The notes beneath the pieces are model-generated. The model saw only the letters and a list, made by a program, of their open reading frames with translations. It searched no databases and was not told the origin of the DNA. From positions 2,458 through 66,457 of the forward strand of contig JBBTST010000008.1 in NCBI GenBank assembly GCA_038064575.1: a DNA stretch of 64,000 nucleotides, given 5' to 3'. Shown one piece after another: positions 60,994-64,000 of this stretch (its first letter is position 1; each line of letters begins with the position of its first letter). Source of the DNA: Patescibacteria group bacterium (GTDB lineage Bacteria; Patescibacteriota; WWE3; UBA101185; 2-01-FULL-41-18). The translations under genes were made by a program, and so were the position numbers.

Positions 60994-62103
60994 TTAAAGC
61001 TGCCTTGTGGATAAAGCAAGCTTTTGATTTGACCCATCAACCATAGTAACAATAGCTTCCACATGTTCTCCCTCTTTGAGGGGTCCTGCCGCCTCAGAAA
61101 CATGAATCAACCCATCAAGCCCTTTCTCTAAATTAACAAAGGCACCAAAGGGTACAACCTTAGTCACTATACCTGAAACTTTTGTACCTACAGGATATTT
61201 TTCATCAACAGTTTCCCAGGGATTTTTGGTAAGCCTCTTAACACTCAATGCAAGCTTGCCTGCCTCTTTATCACATGATAAAACTAGGACTTTTATTTTA
61301 TCCCCAACTGAAAAATATTTGCTTGGGTGGCTAACTTTTTCCCAAGCAATCTCGCTAATATGCACAAGCCCTTCGATACCATCAACATCAACAAAAACTC
61401 CAAAAGGCATAACACCGGTCACCAACCCATCAAGAGTTGACCCGTCTTTGATTTCAGAGAGCTTTTTTCTGCGGGATTCTTCATCAACCCCGGACTTGGC
61501 ATCTTTTTCTGATAGCACAAGCCTGTTTTTCTCCTGGTCTACTTCAATTACCTTTACTCTTAAAATTCTTCCTGATAAGAAGGATAGTTTCTCTTTAAGT
61601 TCAGCCTCACTTCCTGCTGCAAATTTCCCTTCATTTTCTGCAAAATAACCCTTATCAAGATGTGAAAGGGGAATAAAACCCCTTAAACCAAGGCAATCTA
61701 CTAAAAGTCCACCTTTATTGTACTCAATCACCTTAACTTCAAAAGGAGAGCCTTGTTTCATCCCATCTTCAAGATCTTTCCATCTTCTTTCTTTTTCTGC
61801 TTTTCTAAGTGAAAGCACTATATAGCCCTGATCATTTTCCGCTTGCACAACTTTGGCAACAATTGTATCCCCGGGTTTGTAATTTTTGTAGGAGCCCTCT
61901 TCATCAAGATTCATTCCGTTTATAATGCCTTCAGCCTTAGCTCCAACATCTACAAGAATTTCCCTGTTTGAAACAGACACTACTATCCCCTCAACAAGCT
62001 CCTGAGGCTTAAAAAGTTTGATTGCAATTTTGTGCTTATCCAACAGCTTATACATCGGATGATCTGTCTTTGCTGTAGTTGTTAACATGGAACTTTTTGT
62101 CAT
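60994..62103 (-). CDS. rpsA: 30S ribosomal protein S1
   Basis: Four S1 repeats (GLVHISE, GLIHVSE). Confidence 0.92.
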   Translation of the reverse strand: MTKSSMLTTTAKTDHPMYKLLDKHKIAIKLFKPQELVEGIVVSVSNREILVDVGAKAEGIINGMNLDEEGSYKNYKPGDTIVAKVVQAENDQGYIVLSLRKAEKERRWKDLEDGMKQGSPFEVKVIEYNKGGLLVDCLGLRGFIPLSHLDKGYFAENEGKFAAGSEAELKEKLSFLSGRILRVKVIEVDQEKNRLVLSEKDAKSGVDEESRRKKLSEIKDGSTLDGLVTGVMPFGVFVDVDGIEGLVHISEIAWEKVSHPSKYFSVGDKIKVLVLSCDKEAGKLALSVKRLTKNPWETVDEKYPVGTKVSGIVTKVVPFGAFVNLEKGLDGLIHVSEAAGPLKEGEHVEAIVTMVDGSNQKLALSTRQL

Positions 62104-62208
62104 AGCAGCAAAGATTTTACATGAAGAAGGCCTGTTTAACAACTCCAAAATGACGCGAGAATAAGTGAGAGCTTTTCATTCAGCAAAAGCTCTCACAGAT
62201 CGAGGGCT

Positions 62209-62409
62209 ATGACATTGTCTGTTAATGGCTTTGTGGAAAAGTACAGAGGAAAAATCGAATCCGACGAGCAGTCAGAAACCCCTGTAGACAAGGCTGTAAA
62301 ATTTCTAAATGGAATCAAGCCAACAATACTTGAAGAAGTAAAATCCTTTTCAAAAACCTTTGATGAAGGAAAACTAAAAGCAATGAAGCTTATGCATAAC
62401 GGTTGGTAG
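62209..62409 (+). CDS. Hypothetical small protein
   Basis: 66-aa ORF with GAGG SD, preceded by a hairpin at 62165-62196. Confidence 0.4.
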   Translation: MTLSVNGFVEKYRGKIESDEQSETPVDKAVKFLNGIKPTILEEVKSFSKTFDEGKLKAMKLMHNGW

Positions 62410-62545
62410 AAGAAGATAAAATACTCCTTGGGGAACCCGGAAAACTACTCGTTCTTGCCAACGACTTAAGAAACGAAACTATTTAACTCGTTTTAGGAAA
62501 AAACTAATAGCAGACACTTATATCCGTCATTTTTTATTGGCAAAG

Positions 62546-62663
62546 TCCCGGCGACGCCCTATTCTCACATGGAGTTGCCCCCACACTACCTTCGGCACTG
62601 GTGGTCTTAACTTCTCTGTTCGGGATGGGAAGAGGTGTTACCCCACCGCTATTGTCACCAGGA
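62546..62663 (-). rRNA. rrf: 5S rRNA
   Basis: CCCATCCCGAACAGAGAAGTTAAG and GGTAGTGTGGGG..CCATGTGAGAATAGG; flanking inverted repeat. Confidence 0.96.
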
Positions 62664-62985
62664 CTTTGCCAACAAAATTCAAAACTAATTATTATCCTAA
62701 ACAATTCTCAAGGTAAACCCGCGCCAAACGCGGGCTGCAATCATAAAAAGAAAAACATTCATTAGTACGGCTTAGCTGAAACCATTACTGGTCTTACACC
62801 TGCCGCCTATCAACCTCGTAGTCTCCAAGGGAATGTTAACGTCTTGCGACGTATAGGTTCTAATCTTGGGGTGTGCTTCGTACTTAGATGCTTTCAGTGC
62901 TTATCACGACCGAATGTAGCTACCCAGCCATGCTCCTGGCGGAACAACTGGAACACTAGAGATTCGTCCGCTCCGGTCCTCTCGT

Positions 62986-63743
62986 CAACTATTCTTCTAT
63001 CACTAGAAGGTTAGACTATATCTTCACCCAATTTATAACTTTATGGAAACTAAATTGGGGTTGGCGTATTACCTGTTTATTTCAACAAGTCCTCTGTGTA
63101 AAAGTGCGACTCTTACAAAGAAAGTCGTTACGGGGTCAGACCTAAAATTTGATATAACTCGCTTTTTGATCTCTTATATCTTGTCGAGTAGTTTTGCCTT
63201 TGAATCTCAAGCATATTACTCACAAGAAATTTAAGATCATTTTCAGACAGGTGTTTCTTTGTATTTAGTAAAGCACAGGAGGATAATAATACCTCCGCCT
63301 GAACCTTTTTAAACCGTAGATAGGGGACTAAAAGCTGGAGTATTGTATAAGTACTTCCATAACCATTAATCCTTAATTCTGTCATACCATCATTTCTCTG
63401 GGATAGGTAACCAACTCCAAGAATATGCTTAATCCATTTGAGATATTTTTCATGAGATGTTTTTTGATAAAAACATATAGTACTCATGAATCTAATACCC
63501 TTTTTAGAATCAGCACGCTTCTTTAATTGGAGCATTAAGCTACCATCTCCGTCAAGAAAACCAGCGATATATGAATAATCAATTTCAGATCGACTTCCCA
63601 CGGTATTATCTTATCAGACTTCGGTCCTCAAGTGGACCAATTAAACGTTAGCTTCAGGACCGAACACTAACATTAATCAGAAAGACTTCACCGTTATTAG
63701 CCAAATTGTCATCGCAGATTACTCCGCGAAGTAGCAATTTCTT
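62986..63743 (-). mobile_element. Group I intron in the 23S sarcin-ricin loop (after E. coli U2656)
   Basis: 5' exon ends in U and the intron ends in G; P7/J8-7 elements CCGTAACGACT and GAAGATATAGTC. Confidence 0.92.
63128..63601 (-). CDS. Single-motif LAGLIDADG homing endonuclease (I-CreI-like)
   Basis: YIAGFLDGDGS, FYQK and PYLRFKKVQA. Confidence 0.95.
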   Translation of the reverse strand: MGSRSEIDYSYIAGFLDGDGSLMLQLKKRADSKKGIRFMSTICFYQKTSHEKYLKWIKHILGVGYLSQRNDGMTELRINGYGSTYTILQLLVPYLRFKKVQAEVLLSSCALLNTKKHLSENDLKFLVSNMLEIQRQNYSTRYKRSKSELYQILGLTP

Positions 63744-63794
63744 ACTAGGAGCAGCTCCCCTCAAAACCTTGCGCCCGTTGTGGATAGAGACCGA

Positions 63795-64000
63795 CATTTT
63801 TGTTACTTCTTACTTAGTAAAAGTAAGCGGTTAACCATTTCTAGTTTTGGTTAAACTCTCCCAATCGCTTGGGGGATCCGACCATATCTTCATAGTTGTT
63901 AAGGTCATAGTAAATACTCTGTTGTGTTCGTATTTAAACTTTAACAAAATGTTTAGCGTATGGCCTGTGAGGATTTTCATACTAAAAGCATGAATCTTTC
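63795..64000 (-). mobile_element. Second group I intron (3' part), inserted at about E. coli 23S U2604
   Basis: Ends in G before the exon TCGGTC; CCTCACAGGCCATAC / GAAGATATGGTC core. Confidence 0.85.

Larger units (their letters stand above)
62750..64000 (-). rRNA. rrl: 23S rRNA 3' part (exons ~62750-62985 and 63744-63794), interrupted by two group I introns
   Basis: Conserved GCTCCTAGT|ACGAGAGGACCGG, GAAAGCATCTAAG and TCGGTCTCTATC. The 3' end is approximate. Confidence 0.95.

Overview
This is a low-GC bacterial chromosome segment that looks like Patescibacteria/CPR. That is an inference from the GT-C/TPR membrane proteins, the CPR-type C-terminal 'F-x-W-W-I' domain and the group I introns in 23S rRNA. 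Core content: a class A beta-lactamase-like hydrolase, two TMTC-like GT-C/TPR proteins, PAS/HK/RR signalling genes, leuS, obgE, a LysM-M23 peptidase, rho, a class F sortase with an LPKTG substrate, two large GT-C proteins, yacL-like/radA/clpC-like/rpsA, three tRNAs, 5S rRNA and the 3' end of 23S rRNA. The 23S carries two group I introns, one inserted in the sarcin-ricin loop and encoding a LAGLIDADG endonuclease. Main unusual items: (1) a ~15 kb array (14.8-29.9 kb) of co-oriented small orphan genes with strong SD sites, separated by long hairpin-rich spacers that mostly fold better on the sense strand and include recurring covarying motif families, interleaved with toxin-antitoxin modules and containing a DUF1874/AcrIII-1-like gene; (2) a GC-richer FtsZ/tubulin-like operon with a ~1 kb structured leader, whose lipoprotein shares an unrecognised HCGxDC domain with the neighbouring glycosyltransferase; (3) a Leu4 leader-peptide attenuator upstream of leuS; (4) a tRNA-like RNA directly behind tRNA-Arg. 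All protein calls come from motif recognition by eye; no searches were run.
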